A stretch of 63,879 nucleotides of DNA, filler included, from Collodictyon triciliatum (taxonomy: Eukaryota): NCBI GenBank assembly GCA_043381765.1. It is 6 parts of 6 records of this genome, joined end to end, with 100 filler letters (N's around TTAATTAATTAA, not from the genome) between each part and the next. Parts side by side here need not be neighbours in the genome. Positions count along the whole stretch, not along the records: positions 36,634 to 48,708 come from JBHJMP010002247.1; positions 48,809 to 60,873 come from JBHJMP010002248.1; 4 more parts are not named here. One strand, given 5' to 3'. Below the pieces are notes generated by a model that saw only the letters and a list, made by a program, of their open reading frames with translations, ran no database searches and was not told the DNA's origin. Numbering within the stretch: the first letter of the stretch is position 1; the number at the start of each line of letters is the position of its first letter. This document shows positions 36,834-49,611 of the stretch, one piece after another. A program made the position numbers and the translations under genes.

Positions 36834-38562
36834 CGTTTCGAAACAAGTAAACATGGTCATATCAACACGTAACCAATGACGAAGTAAGACAAGGAAACAT
36901 GTTGGCATCACCCTCTTGGTTCAGATTATTTATTAAGTTCAAGTTCCTCCATAAGAAAAAAAATCAAAAACGCCTCGAACATGTTCGGATGAATAAATAA
37001 ATAAATAAATAAAAAAAGACATCGTCCAGGTATGATGTACAGAGGCAAATATGAACTGATAACATACCACCCGAACATTTAAAGAAGACACCCCATTGTC
37101 ATGAAGCTCATCCTCAAATAGGACAACATCCTCATAGTATTTGATTGGGTCAGTTCTCCTCAAAAGGTCGGTATCCAGCCCTTCCGTCGTTGGTTCGATG
37201 ATAAGCTCTTCCTGCATACCAGCAAAGTAGTAACAAAATAACATAATAGCGTGAGCCAGTCTCAGAATGCGCTTACATAAATATATTTTAATCAGACAAG
37301 TTTCAATATATATATATATCATATGGCATGGCTGCTATCTGCAATAGCGACTGTGACTGAAATCACCTTTGTTGTTGAGGAAAAAGTTCCTTGGTATTTT
37401 GTTGAAAACGTCCAATCGTACGCATCAAGTTTGGTCAATTCTCCTTTACTTGAGTAAGCAACTCTGTGTATCGAAATTTTACTACCCAAACATTACTCGC
37501 ACAAACCGGTGAGAATAAAATGACCCACCGATAATTCATAAAACACTTATTCTCGGGTACATTGAATATGTTTTCTGATTACATACCCCCTTTCGCCCCA
37601 TTTCTCGGAACCCTGGAGCACAGGTGACCTTTTTTGTGCCTCCTCGCCCTATTTTTAATTTGTATATCCTTTTTACATAGCACCATTAAAATTGCATGTG
37701 TAGTCCGTGGATGAAACGAATAGTTGATTGGACATTTTCGAATACTATTGGAAATCAACTGATGGAACTATATGAAATCCCTTTTTTATCGTTTCCTTTC
37801 AGTTTATTTGGCATGATATTTGAAATCCCTTTATTCTTAAGTATTTTATCATTCATTTGGAATTAAAATTAAAAAATATATTTTAGAAAAGTGCTTTTGT
37901 AACAAGCTATTTGCTTTGATCTTTTATCTAAAAGAAAAATCATTAATTAAGATGGAATTCCATACGACGCATTCCTTCAATGCATCAAACGCAAAGAATT
38001 GTATCTGTAGTCCTGAATAATGTGAACACGATAAGCCGTTGTTTCCGAAGAGCATTTCTGGCAGAAAAGACAATCCCAGCTCCGCAGAGAATCTAAAATG
38101 AATCCCGTGTCCGTGATACAGGTAAAATATCGATGACACTTAATAAATCCGTCACGTGGTGAATATTAGACTATATGTGTTTGAGGAGGAATTATTCGTG
38201 GAACATATGAGATGAGGAGATAAGCTAGGTTGCCAGGTAGTCAACCCGCAGGACAACCAAAACAACTTTATCACACGAACCGCACATTTTCAAACATAAT
38301 TCAGACCGATATGCTCTGAGTTTGGCAACTTTACGAAAAAGAAAAAAAAAATAAATGTTTGCGTATGACCATGGGAAAAGGATCAATTGAAAAGGAGAAG
38401 CAAAAAGCAAATCAATGCAAACGTCTCGAGTTCTGGCTGTGACAGAATGGGCTTCTTCCGCGCCTGAATCTTCCACCCGGAAATCTCGATCCCGTCGCTC
38501 AGGTACTGATGTGCATTCGTGACGACCGAAGCTGGCTGAAGGTAGTGCGGTGTTGTTGTCAT
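36834..38562 (-). CDS. TIPRL: TIP41-like / TIPRL PP2A regulator (3' end lost at spacer)
   Basis: Reads GWKIQARKKPILS, LPEMLFGNN, FFAFDALKEC, YDWTFSTKYQGT, DPIKYYEDVVLFEDELHDNGVSSLNVRV and RVMPTCFLVLLRHWLRVD. Confidence 0.93.
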
Positions 38563-38887
38563 CTCGCCCTATTTCTATTTGCCCTGTGAGAAATGTGCTT
38601 GCTCAACCTTCTCGATCGCCCCGATCTTGGCAGAACCTCCTTGCTGCCACAATAACCGATCAAAAAGACTTGCTGTCCCCTAGTTGCCCTCTTTTCTATA
38701 TTATATTTTCCACAAATGTTTTTGATTTGTGGAAATGATGCGATTGTAACCGCCGACTGAATCAGAAGCGCGCTTTTGGGGATGGATCTGCTGCCGATCA
38801 GGGCAAAACAAAGCATAAACACCCGCCAAAGCAGACCAACCCCCGGCCAAGGATTCAGGAGCGCTTAACACACTCCAAAAAAAAAAA

Positions 38888-39385
38888 ATGTCTGGAGAAG
38901 CTGCTAACGAGAGTCAAGCCAATGCATCTGCTCCTACACTGGATACTTCGCTCCTGAACTATACCGATCCCCAAGCGGTTTGTGACCTTGATCACTCTCC
39001 CTTTCTTTCATTTATACCTTTTTTTTCTCTTTTCGATGGCTCGAGACCTCAACGATGTGATTCCATATAGGGTCGCCAGGCCGAAGAAGAAGCCTTGAAA
39101 TCTATTCAGGAAGCTCCTGTCCAATCGCTGCCGACCCGCGGCTATCTGGAGCAAACCGTCATTCCTGTTCTGATGCAAGGCCTGACAGCCCTCGCCAAGA
39201 CAAGGTAACCCAACAGTATTTCTGATGCGCCTAAACACCATACCAGACCCGAGTACATCAGTTGTATTAAGGTTCCTTTGTAGTATTATCACTTGAAATA
39301 AACTGCTCTCAGGCCTCCAGACCCCGTCGAGTACCTTGCTGCCTATTTGATTCAACACAATCCCAACAAGAAAGAGAATCATTAG
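38888..39385 (+). CDS. DPY30: DPY-30 family protein (COMPASS subunit-like), 3 exons
   Basis: Spliced product ...[46 protein letters not shown] is the Dpy-30 motif. It is divergent from TIP41, 325 bp away. Confidence 0.92.
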
Positions 39386-40226
39386 GCCCATATGTCGAGC
39401 TCCTTTGTTGAAACTACCTCGAAACTGATTACCCCGCCGAGCTGTTACTGTATAATCGTCAGCTCCAATATCATCCTCTAATAAATATAGCGAACCCCCT
39501 TGTCTGAGAGCTGGCTTTAACACATTAAACTCTATCATCGCAGTCTACTTGTTTGTGGTATCGATAAAAAAAGACAGTGAAAGAGCGGAATCTTGGTGTG
39601 ATTTTGAGAACTTTACTGCAAGAGAACTACGGAAGAGTTTGTAATACCTGTGAAAACTTAACAATACTCTTAAATAACCATCCAGGAATAATAATTAAAA
39701 AAAAAACTGATTAAAGAATTATCACAGTCATCCATATTGCTTCTCAAAAAAGAAAATGCGCAACACCCCCGCCCGAAGCAAGGGAGCGAACCGGCCAAAC
39801 CTGTTTCTTTCCACTCCCAAAAGCGGTTATGTCTATTTTGGAAAATATATTTCTAATTACAAGAGATGCTTAATGACGCATAAAAATCTAAAAGATACGT
39901 AGGTAACATATAAATATCAAATTTTAGTTGTATGGCACCAGCACATTCGCAACTCAAGTGGAACAGTTCAACACACCATTTTAAGCTTCTGTTGCAACGG
40001 TAACTTATTTTGGATGTATCTAACGGCTCTCAGTTCTTGATATTCCAACCACATCTTTCACATCACCATTTAGCCGCTCCACACACACTCTTCTCGCAAC
40101 CATGATCGCACGAAACCCCTGCCGTGAGCGAAGCGCTTGAGAAAGGAAGAAAGGAAGAAAGGAAGGAAGAAAGAAAGAAGGAAAGAAAGAAAGGAAGGAA
40201 GAAAGAGCCACACACTGCTTAACTCA

Positions 40227-42086
40227 ATGCCAGCAGTTCGAACAGAGTCCACAGCCCCCACCGAAAGTCCCTCAGCAAGCAACTCAATGAGCTCCTCACA
40301 AAACGGCGACATACCTGCTTTCGGCTACTTCTCAACAGCTAAGTCCATCGGAGTTGACGATCCCTACGTCAAGAAACTTGGTAAGTCCCGAGGCAGCCTC
40401 GAAAAGCAGTAGCATCCCCCAACAACACAAAAGCAAAACAAAACAAAACAAAACAAAACAAAACAAAACAAAACAAAACAAAACAAAAAAAACGAAAGAA
40501 AAAAAAGAGTCTGAGCAAATTGAAACTACTTGTCTCTTTAATAAATGGTGAGGGCATGCTTACAAAACCACTCAAACAGCACCAGACTCACGGATCACGG
40601 GACGCCAGTTTCAAACAAATGCCGTGCGCCGCGGACAGACGGGAGACAACTGGAATTCTCATCACCGCGAAGTTAGGGTTCTGTTTGAGGAAGAAAAGTA
40701 CCAGGATCCTGGTTCGTGGGCCATCAAGGAGAAGATGGAGCAAAAGAAAAAGAATCTGACCAATGATGGGTTCAAGCCGAGCTCACCTCCAAAGAAATGG
40801 TATATTTTCCCGTCATGGTTTTTTTTTCATTGCCAAGGCGTGAATAACATGAAACTCAAAACCAGGAGCGGCCTGGGAAGCCATTTTGGCTGCATTGGCC
40901 CACAACTTGAGCACAAAGAGGATGGTTACGAAAAGAAAGAAAAGAAAGCACCCGAGCCCCGTAATGTGCAGACAAACCCCGTAAAAAAAGGCATGGCTCA
41001 TTACATTCAATGAGAGATTACGGGTCACATTCTCGTTGCTGCATTCCAAATAATATTCTTCCTGATTTAGGTTCGTTTGGTTACATCGGAACGACCATCG
41101 GGAAAGCTCCAGAGTACCAGACGGACCCGTTCGATCGTCCTAGACAGCTCGAACTGGTATTGGGTCTTTTTTCTTCTATTCCTTTTGTTTTATAACCATC
41201 TCATCGTACGGTCTAATTTTCAAAGGTGTTTTTTTTTTAACATGTGTATTGATATCCTGTAGACGGAGCGGAAAGAGCATCAAAAGAAAGTCCTCTCTGG
41301 GCCTTTGAAGACAATGAGTCACAGTGTAGATTACTTCGATTCATACCCAAATGTTGCCGCCTCGAAAGTCTACACGATGGACCGGCGTGAGTTTTCCTGA
41401 AGCGACATCTGAGCAATTTGATGGACATCTAACGGTGTTTGGATTACAATTCTAGCACTCCCGCCAGAACGATCGAGGCCCATGTCTGCACCTGAAGTGA
41501 AAGTCCCATTCGTCCCCAGCCACATTCCAAAGATTGTAAGCTTCCTTGAAAAAACTTCATTTGCTCTCATTTTCTTGTATATTGAAGAATAGCCTGATGT
41601 GTTCATTAGCCAACAGAGTATTTTTTCTCTCAATAATTCACATGTCATCCAGGGTCATAACAGCACCTTGACACCGTTTCCAGATTATCAAACGAGTCTG
41701 TACGATGCAAAGTTGCTTAAGGACCGTGAGGAGGCTAGGTTTGAATGAAAGTTTTTATAATATGTCAAGAAACACCAAGCGTTTCTACTGTGCAATTAAA
41801 GTACCCAAAAATACTTGTGGTGCTCCTTTGGATGTATTTTAGCCAATTATTAAATCACAAAATCTTATACTAGGGAGAAGAAAAAGAAGATTCTTGGTGG
41901 TCCATACAGGCCATCCAGTCGACCAAAATCTACCCCTCAGCCTGTAAGGACGAAAATTGTGCCTATTTGTCTCATTTTATGCTTGTCGCTCCTTTACCAT
42001 ATTTCGCTGATTCTTACTTATCCGCTCAATAGTCTATCGTTGCGAGGAACATCACCTACAACAGCATCTCCCGAGGGATGGTATAA
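40227..42086 (+). CDS. CFAP96: Cilia/flagella-associated protein CFAP96 (C4orf47/UPF0602 family)
   Basis: Reads FGYFSTAKSIGVDDPY, GRQFQTN, LFEEEKYQDP, FKPSSPPKK, SGLGSHFGCI, PRNVQTNPVKKGSFGYIGTTIG, YQTDPFD and GGPYRPSSRPKSTPQPSIVARN. Confidence 0.82.
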
Positions 42087-42559
42087 CGATTAACTCCTGA
42101 GCACTGAGAGACAGCTCAGAAAGATTGCGCGTTCGTGGACAATAGCTCCATACCATACCAGTGTCTGTATCACTCAAACCTGTGTGCGATGCATTTAGGC
42201 TCAAAAGCTTCCTGTTTCTCTTTTTTTTGTAATCGAGATTATCTTTTCTTATTTTCTCTTTCTCTCTTCTCATTTCATTTTTCCTTATCACATATTCTTG
42301 TCGTCGAGTATCTACCCGCTTAGCCTATCCCCCATTATAAACCAAACCCGATACGCTACATCCAGGACATTTCGCACCCGTCTAAATGCCAAACCCGGTA
42401 TTAATCAGACGTGGGAGTTACGCTAAACCACGCGGTTTTAATGAAACAATTTCTAAGAGAATGGAACAAAGTGGAGTAGATGGAGTAAGTAGGACAATAA
42501 TGAAACGGTCGGTGTTTGTGAGGGAGGGCAGGGATGGGGAATGACCAGCGCACGGAGCC

Positions 42560-42801
42560 TCAAACGTGGTCAGTTTGGATGATTGGGATGTTGAGCATCG
42601 GCGGCGGCGACTGGGACGGAGTCGGGGACGGGGCGGTGATTTCGAGGGGTGCGGGTGGCGCTGCAGGCTGATTCAGTCCCATCTGCTCTTGGATGTTTTC
42701 CTCGTCCATCTGGTCGGTGATAGCTCGGGTTAATCGCACTATCGTGGGGCAGCTTTTCTCATTTTCACTCGATTCGAAGAGCAGCATGAGGTGGGTAGAT
42801 T

Positions 42802-42854
<53 letters not shown>

Positions 42855-42871
42855 TTTTTTTTTTTTTATTA

Positions 42872-42915
<44 letters not shown>

Positions 42916-45900
42916 ATATGTAATAACTGATGAGGAATGGGAATGGACAGAAAAGATACCCGTGTTTTCCAGTATTCCAGGTTCAAGGACAGATTTTGTA
43001 AGGAATCAAGCCCAGTGCCCATTGCGCTGTTCCATAACTCTACGAGCGGCTGTACCACGAACGAAATAAAGCCAATCTGAGCCTTGCTAATCATGGGCAC
43101 CCCGCGGTCCATGAAGGGACTGATTGGCAGCCCTTTGTCTCTTTCTTTATCGCCCTGTAATAGCATTCAACATGTGGTCATAGAGAATGTCTTGATCTTA
43201 GAGATATAGAACACATGTGCTTCTGTAAAAAAAATATAAAAAAATGATGAAAAAATGAAATGAAAACAGAAGAAAAACCTGGCAATAGAACTCTTGTGTG
43301 ACCCTTTTCGTCCACTCTTGAGCAACCTGTGACGGTTTTGCTGGGTTGGAGACATCAGATATCTTCATCGCCATCTTCATCATGAGCATCCGACTGTCAA
43401 AGGACTCCCCTGTCAACGCTGCGTAATTAAATTGATAAATAATCAAGTAAAATAGAATAATTGGGCTGGGTTGCAGATATAAATAGGTATAATGAACGGA
43501 GAGAATGTGGTAGTGACTTTTTTTTTCAATATTGTAATTCATTGATTAAAGTATCAGAAGGGAATGATAAGGAGGGGGGAAAAAACCTCCAACACTAATG
43601 GAGTTCTTCAACGCGCCCATAATGTCTGCGTGCCGAGACATGTCGGTGGCTAGTACAAGGTCAATAGTAATTTTCCTGATTTTCTTTTTTCTATGAAAAA
43701 AAAACCCACTCAAGTTAGGACTAGACTTATGTATAGTTTACCCATGTTTTTTTTTGGGTGGCATACTAATAAACAGTCTTATGAGGGGAACCATTAATAA
43801 TGGAAGCTATTTCAATATCATACACATCTTTTGGGATATTCTTTAGAATATTGAACTCATCACTGGACATGAGTTTGAAAGCTTCGGATACGTGATAATT
43901 TTCGAGTACCTAAGTTCATATAAATATGATTACCCGTTTAAATCCATGATGCAGTAATACGTACAAAACGTTTTTCTGAATACCGATTGTGGTTGGAATA
44001 ATGATGTATCTTTGATTTATATGTCTTGCTTTGATTGGGCGGCTATCGAATTATACCACAAACGTGGTGTATTGTCTATCTAAATACTCACAGACGAATC
44101 GTTGAACGTGATTGCAATAGAGTCCTCTATGCTCATAAGGAAATTATTGTTCACTCCTGGATGTCGATAGTCGTGAATGATTGTTGCCAGTAGACAAGAG
44201 AATATTTCAACAGGTTCTAGTATCCTTTTTTTTTTTTTTGAAAGTTTTTTTTAGTGAGTATGACAAGTTTGAAATCCAAAATCAAAGGCATTCCAAAGTG
44301 TATAAGGTGATTCATTCAAATAAACCGTCTTCAAGTACTAGGATAGCAATCACATAAGTGAATATATATATGAACTTCGAAAACTGAAGTTGTGCCATAT
44401 TACTGAGATAGGCCGCCGGTTGCGATAAGGCTGTTGAATGACTGCAAGACATCGCCAGCATGTAATGAGTTGTGATAAGGATTGTTAATGTATCCAGATT
44501 GCACTTGGTACAAAAACCGTTTAAGGGTCTGCATAAAAAATTATTTCAACTTTCCAATTCAGATACGGCATAATTAACATTAGGCAAAGCTGAACTAGAC
44601 TGTACTTACTGGTTCTGGGATATCGAACTGTGAAATAAAATCATATTTCTGAAATAAGTGAAGTCCAAGAAAAGGTAATGCCTGTCTGTCAGTTAGTGTA
44701 TCAAATTCGAAAATGTCAAAATTCCAGTTATCCATTCCTTCCAGCACTTCGAGCAATCTACCATTCCTGCATTATATTCAAGAATACCAATTATTTTTTT
44801 TATAATTTTAATATGTTTTTGTGATGCCAACTAGAATGGAAAATTGAATGAGATGGACATTTGAATTTTATTCGAACTCCTTTTTTTATTTGTTTTTGAA
44901 GAAAAATATATTCATTTAGTTTGTATGATAATATTGGATTTGTAAATTAAACTTTTATTACATTTTATCCATAGAAATGGTTGATATACTCGGCTTTCGT
45001 AAATCGACGTATGAACCTCGCTTGCCGCCTCTTCCAAATTCTGCCATGGGTTTTGACAGCGAGCCTTTATTTGTTGTATCAGATTCATTGGGCTCTTCTT
45101 GTATGGTTGCTAGAAAATAAAATACACTATTACTTCTTTTCTTTTTTAACATTTAAATATTTATCTTTCAAATGGTGATAAACTATCATGAAGATATACT
45201 TCTGACATCAGAATATGATATACATGAAGGATAGATAATAGTTTAGTGATAAGCATATTTATACTGATTTTTGATTCGTCTTCATGTTCAATCTCCTTCT
45301 GGACTAATTGGTCTAATACCCATTTCTGAGTCTCCATATCAACATCTATGAAAAGCATAAACCATAAGAAATCGCCGTCAGGTGAGATTCTGTTGAAAAA
45401 ATAACCATACTATTCTTCATTTTTCTTTTCTTTTAAAAAAATAAAATTTTAATGAAGTAATTATAGATAACGCACACGCACAAAAAAAGAATGCAAAATG
45501 GAATAGAATAAAAAGGTGGGTCCATCCCATACTTTCTGATGGCCGAATGGCAGAATAGGATACGCTTGATACATATAATTTGTTGCTCCCAATGAGGCGG
45601 ATGATGTGATGGATGTCAGCTTTTTGGATTTCAGATAATCCAGCTAGAAAATTAGAAAAAAAATCCCATAATTTTTTATTAGTACATTATTCAGATTGCC
45701 GAAATATTTATCACTATAGCAGCCAAAAAAAAGACAATACTTAAAAAATATGCCGGGTTTTCTTATTTTGTCTTCTTTTGATTTATCATCAGCTTTGTTA
45801 AACAAAATATCGGAAAATATTTATCATGAGGATACTTTTTGGGTCACCGGCAAGGTTTCGGAGCATATGAATCACTTTCTCTGCAGGAGTTCCTAACACC

Positions 45901-47799
45901 TAGAGGGAATATGTCACTTGAATAACTTGGCTTCATTCTCTTTGAGGTACGTATTAGATAACCTTTGAATCTATGTTAAGGAATATATATTTAGCGGATA
46001 TAGATGATTGATTTTTCCTATGGTGTAGTGAGGTGATTGGGGGATTACTTCTTCGGTTTCCAGACTACGAAGTTCTCTTAGTTCTGATTGCAGCGTCCTA
46101 TAAAGCGCAAAATTTGAATGTAACTGATGATGGTCAGATAGATAGAAAATCTATAAATTGGATTCTAGAGTCTTTGCAATGAAGGATCACCTATTTTGCA
46201 TTTTCAAATGAAAATTAATCTGCTCCAAATTTTCTTTTTGGATTGAAATCTACGTTTGGAGAATATTAGTATATGTGTATCCATCTGTTCATCAACCAGA
46301 AAAGAAGAAAAAAGAAGAAAAAAGAGGAAAAAAAGAGGAAAAAAAGAGGAAAAAAGAGGAAAAAAGAGGAAAAAGAAGAAAAGAAGAAAAGAAAGATGTT
46401 TTGAATCCAAAATATAGGACAGTACGTCGAAAGATTAAAAAACTAGATAAAGACATTAAGCTATAGATTGTGTTGTTTGCAAATATAGAAGTACTGCACG
46501 CTCCAAGGTAAAGTATTCAAACCATTATATTAAGACATGCAGAAAAGTCATTGACGCGTTCATCATATTGTATGATAGAATTTGATAATTACCTGATAGA
46601 AAATAAAGCGAACCATAACCGCGGTCAGAAACAAGAGAAAAATGACTGTAAATATCATAAAGGCATCAAAATCAAACTCGTCGGTGTCTAACGTAGATAC
46701 TCCGAACGAGATATCATAATGCAACAGCAGATAAGCGAGAGCCGTCACAAGCAAATGAACGAGGGTGGCCCACTCTGCATACCTTTTGTAAAGGAAACAA
46801 ACAAAACAAAAATCAAAAATGGCTTTGATTTTTGGGTGTAAGATTGAAATACAAGATGAAAATGAAAAACAAAAAGGAAAGATGCTACTATGCCATCTTT
46901 CCAATGTCCATCACATCACATAAGACAACATAACTTCATCACATCACATCACATCACATCACATCACATCACATCACATCACATCACATCGCCAAGAAGG
47001 CAGACGAGACAGACCGCTTCATGAACATGCTTGTGAAGAGGACGGCAGGGGTCATCCAGACGCAGAGGAAGGCGTGGCCAAGAAGGACAGCGAGGAAGAC
47101 GGCGGCGTCGAGGACGGCAAGGACGGCGAGGACAAAGAGGGCAAAGTCGTTGCGGAGGCGCAGGAGGAGGAGGGCGGCGAGGAGGGCGGCGGCGGCGGCG
47201 GCCCAGAGGAGGGCGAGGGGCAGGGCGCGCAGGGCAAGCAGGACGCCCGCGTGGACGGCAAACGCCCCCGCCACCACGCAGCACGCCGCCACCGCCGCCC
47301 CGACGTGCACCGACGACTCGCCCCCGTCCAGATGCAGCGACGCCCCGAGCTGCTCCCCGCTCACCCCGCCCTCCCCGAGGAACGCCCGCCCCTGCCGCGC
47401 AAACGCCTTCATCACGCGCCCCGCCCCTCCGCCTCCGCCTCCGCCTCCGCCCACGCCTCCGCCCACGCCTGCGCCCCCGCCGTACGGGTCCACCTCCCCG
47501 TGGAACGCTGCCGCCGACCGCCGTCCCACTCGGCCCCGCCCGGGCCCCGCCGTCCCTGCTGCCCCCAGCACCGGGCTCGGCATCCCGCCCCCGCCGTGTG
47601 GCTGTGGCTGTGGCTGTGGCTGTGGCTGTGGCTGCACGAGGCTTCCGATGGCTCCGAAGGTCGATGCTCGCCGGGCCCCTACCCTCGGGCGCTGTGGCGG
47701 GGCCAGGCCCAAGCGTCCCGACGGCGTCCGCTCCTCCAGGCTCCCTGGCTTTGATGTGCTGCTGTGGTTGCTTGGCGTTGTTGCTGACAGTGTTGCCAT
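42560..47799 (-). CDS. Transmembrane class I cyclic nucleotide phosphodiesterase
   Basis: A GC-rich first exon with 4 hydrophobic helices, plus 2 more at 46600-46780. Catalytic motifs NPYHNSLHAGDV, IIHDYRHPGVNN, VLENYH, LATDMSRH, KISDVSNPAK and QEFY..QGDKE..ISPFMDR..AQIGFI. TGA at 42560. Confidence 0.93.
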
Positions 47800-48652
47800 G
47801 GGCCGCCCTGCTTCCTTTGTGTTGGTATGATCAGCTCTGCGTGTCTAGTTTTGTTTTTTAATTTCGTTTTGGCTATGGTTATTTGATTCTTTTTTTCCAA
47901 TTATCGCCCCTTTTTTTTTCTTTTTTGGCTTTCTTTATGCAACAGGCAAAGAACGGCAAGTTTAGTTTGATCAGGCAAAGAGATTGGTCATGCCACTTGG
48001 GAAATGGCCGTTAAATTTGCACCTATTTCCAGATTCAGATTCCATTTTGCGGCTTTTGGCATTTGTTTCCAAGAACGGAGTAAGGAGGTAGAAGGCGGCA
48101 ATCCAAAATCAATGATAATAATACAATTGACAATATCTATAACAAAAATTAATTAAAAAATGTAATAAACACCTATGTGCATTACATAATAAGATAATAC
48201 TATAAAATCCAGAAATATCAATGTCAACGAACCACGAGTCAAAACTTTAGACAGATTAGAGCACAGCGGTCATTGCCCAATCTGTGACAGCGTTGAACGC
48301 GAGCATAATGACTAATGAGTAGGAATCGAGTGAATATTCAATGGGAAAGAGCACAGGAAGAAATGTTTTTCAATTTTTCACGACTTCCCCAATCCAGCCG
48401 TCAAGCAACAACAACAAATTTTTGTGGAAAAGCAAACAAGAGGTCAAGTCAAAAAAGATCAAGAAAAGCCCGGTGGGAATGGCATTGGGAGGCTCGAACG
48501 AAATAAGCACTTGGCAGACAGCCGCCTGTGGCTTGTGTCTTATCTCAGCGCTCTGCGTCACAAACCGGGTTTTTTCTAATTCAACAAAACAGAAACATTG
48601 GCCACGCTCTAACTACACCACCAGCCACTCAATAATTTTGTCGTGTGCTACA

Positions 48653-48684
<32 letters not shown>

Positions 48685-48808
48685 AAAAAAAAAAAAAAGA
48701 AAAAAAAANNNNNNNNNNNNNNNNNNNNNNNNNNNNNNNNNNNNNNNNNNNNTTAATTAATTAANNNNNNNNNNNNNNNNNNNNNNNNNNNNNNNNNNNN
48801 NNNNNNNN

Positions 48809-48880
48809 GGAAGAGACGCCGTTGGGCGCAGCGGCAGAGACTGTGGTTGTGATTGCGGTCGCTGCAGCTGCATCTTCCAT
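48809..48880 (-). CDS. Possible first exon of an unknown gene running into the spacer
   Basis: MEDAAAATAITTTVSAAAPNGVSS in GC-rich sequence, divergent from the GAF-PDE start. Confidence 0.3.
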
Positions 48881-49611
48881 TTTGCGCTGTTCTGTTGGCC
48901 TAAGCTTGTTCTGTCGTGCGGAGTTCAGGAGGTTGTGAGTTTGCGATGTGGCCAGCAGGCAAGGGATTTCCCGACGAACGGCAACAAGAAGGCCAGGTTG
49001 TGATTGATCAGAGCGATCATGATTCGTTGTCGATGATCCAATTACGGAATATATTTATTTATATTATTTTACTGACTAGTAATCATTTTAATAAACTATA
49101 TGTATATATAATTTATATATTTATTATTATTCAATTAAAATAATATATATACAAACATGGCAAATGCGAATACAAACCTGTCGCTCATTTCTCCACCTTT
49201 GGACAAACGGATTGAAATCTCCCAATTTTTTTTTTCTCCTTCGGTAGACATACAAGATTGGCGAGTGGACATCCCAGTTGGGTTCCTTCACCCTCCCTTT
49301 TTTTTCTTTGCCTCCGTTTCGATCGGCCGGCTCGCTTGAGTGCATCAAACACGTCACGAGTCAGCAAAGCCCTGTTTGTCCATTGGTCGAGGCGTTCGGA
49401 ACTAACTCGTTCAACGTACAAACAACAACGGCGTTGAGTGGCAAGTGCATGAATAACTGTGCAAGGCTCATGCTTGTGCATTGTCCTCTGCTTTATATAT
49501 ATATGTGCGGGCGCTCTTTGATCGAACAAAGGGCTTAATAATAGTCAAAGTCGTTTTCAGCGTGGGTGGGAATCCAAGCCCTAATAGCGTTGTGATGCAG
49601 GAGAACTCGCC

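Noticed and set aside
36400-36900. TIP41-glutamate kinase fusion or tight linkage
   Set aside because: The two partial genes are separated by an artificial spacer.
47021-47830. Long GC-rich plus-strand ORFs (also 33629-34830)
   Set aside because: They are antisense or alternate frames of GC-rich exons of the PDE and G5K genes.
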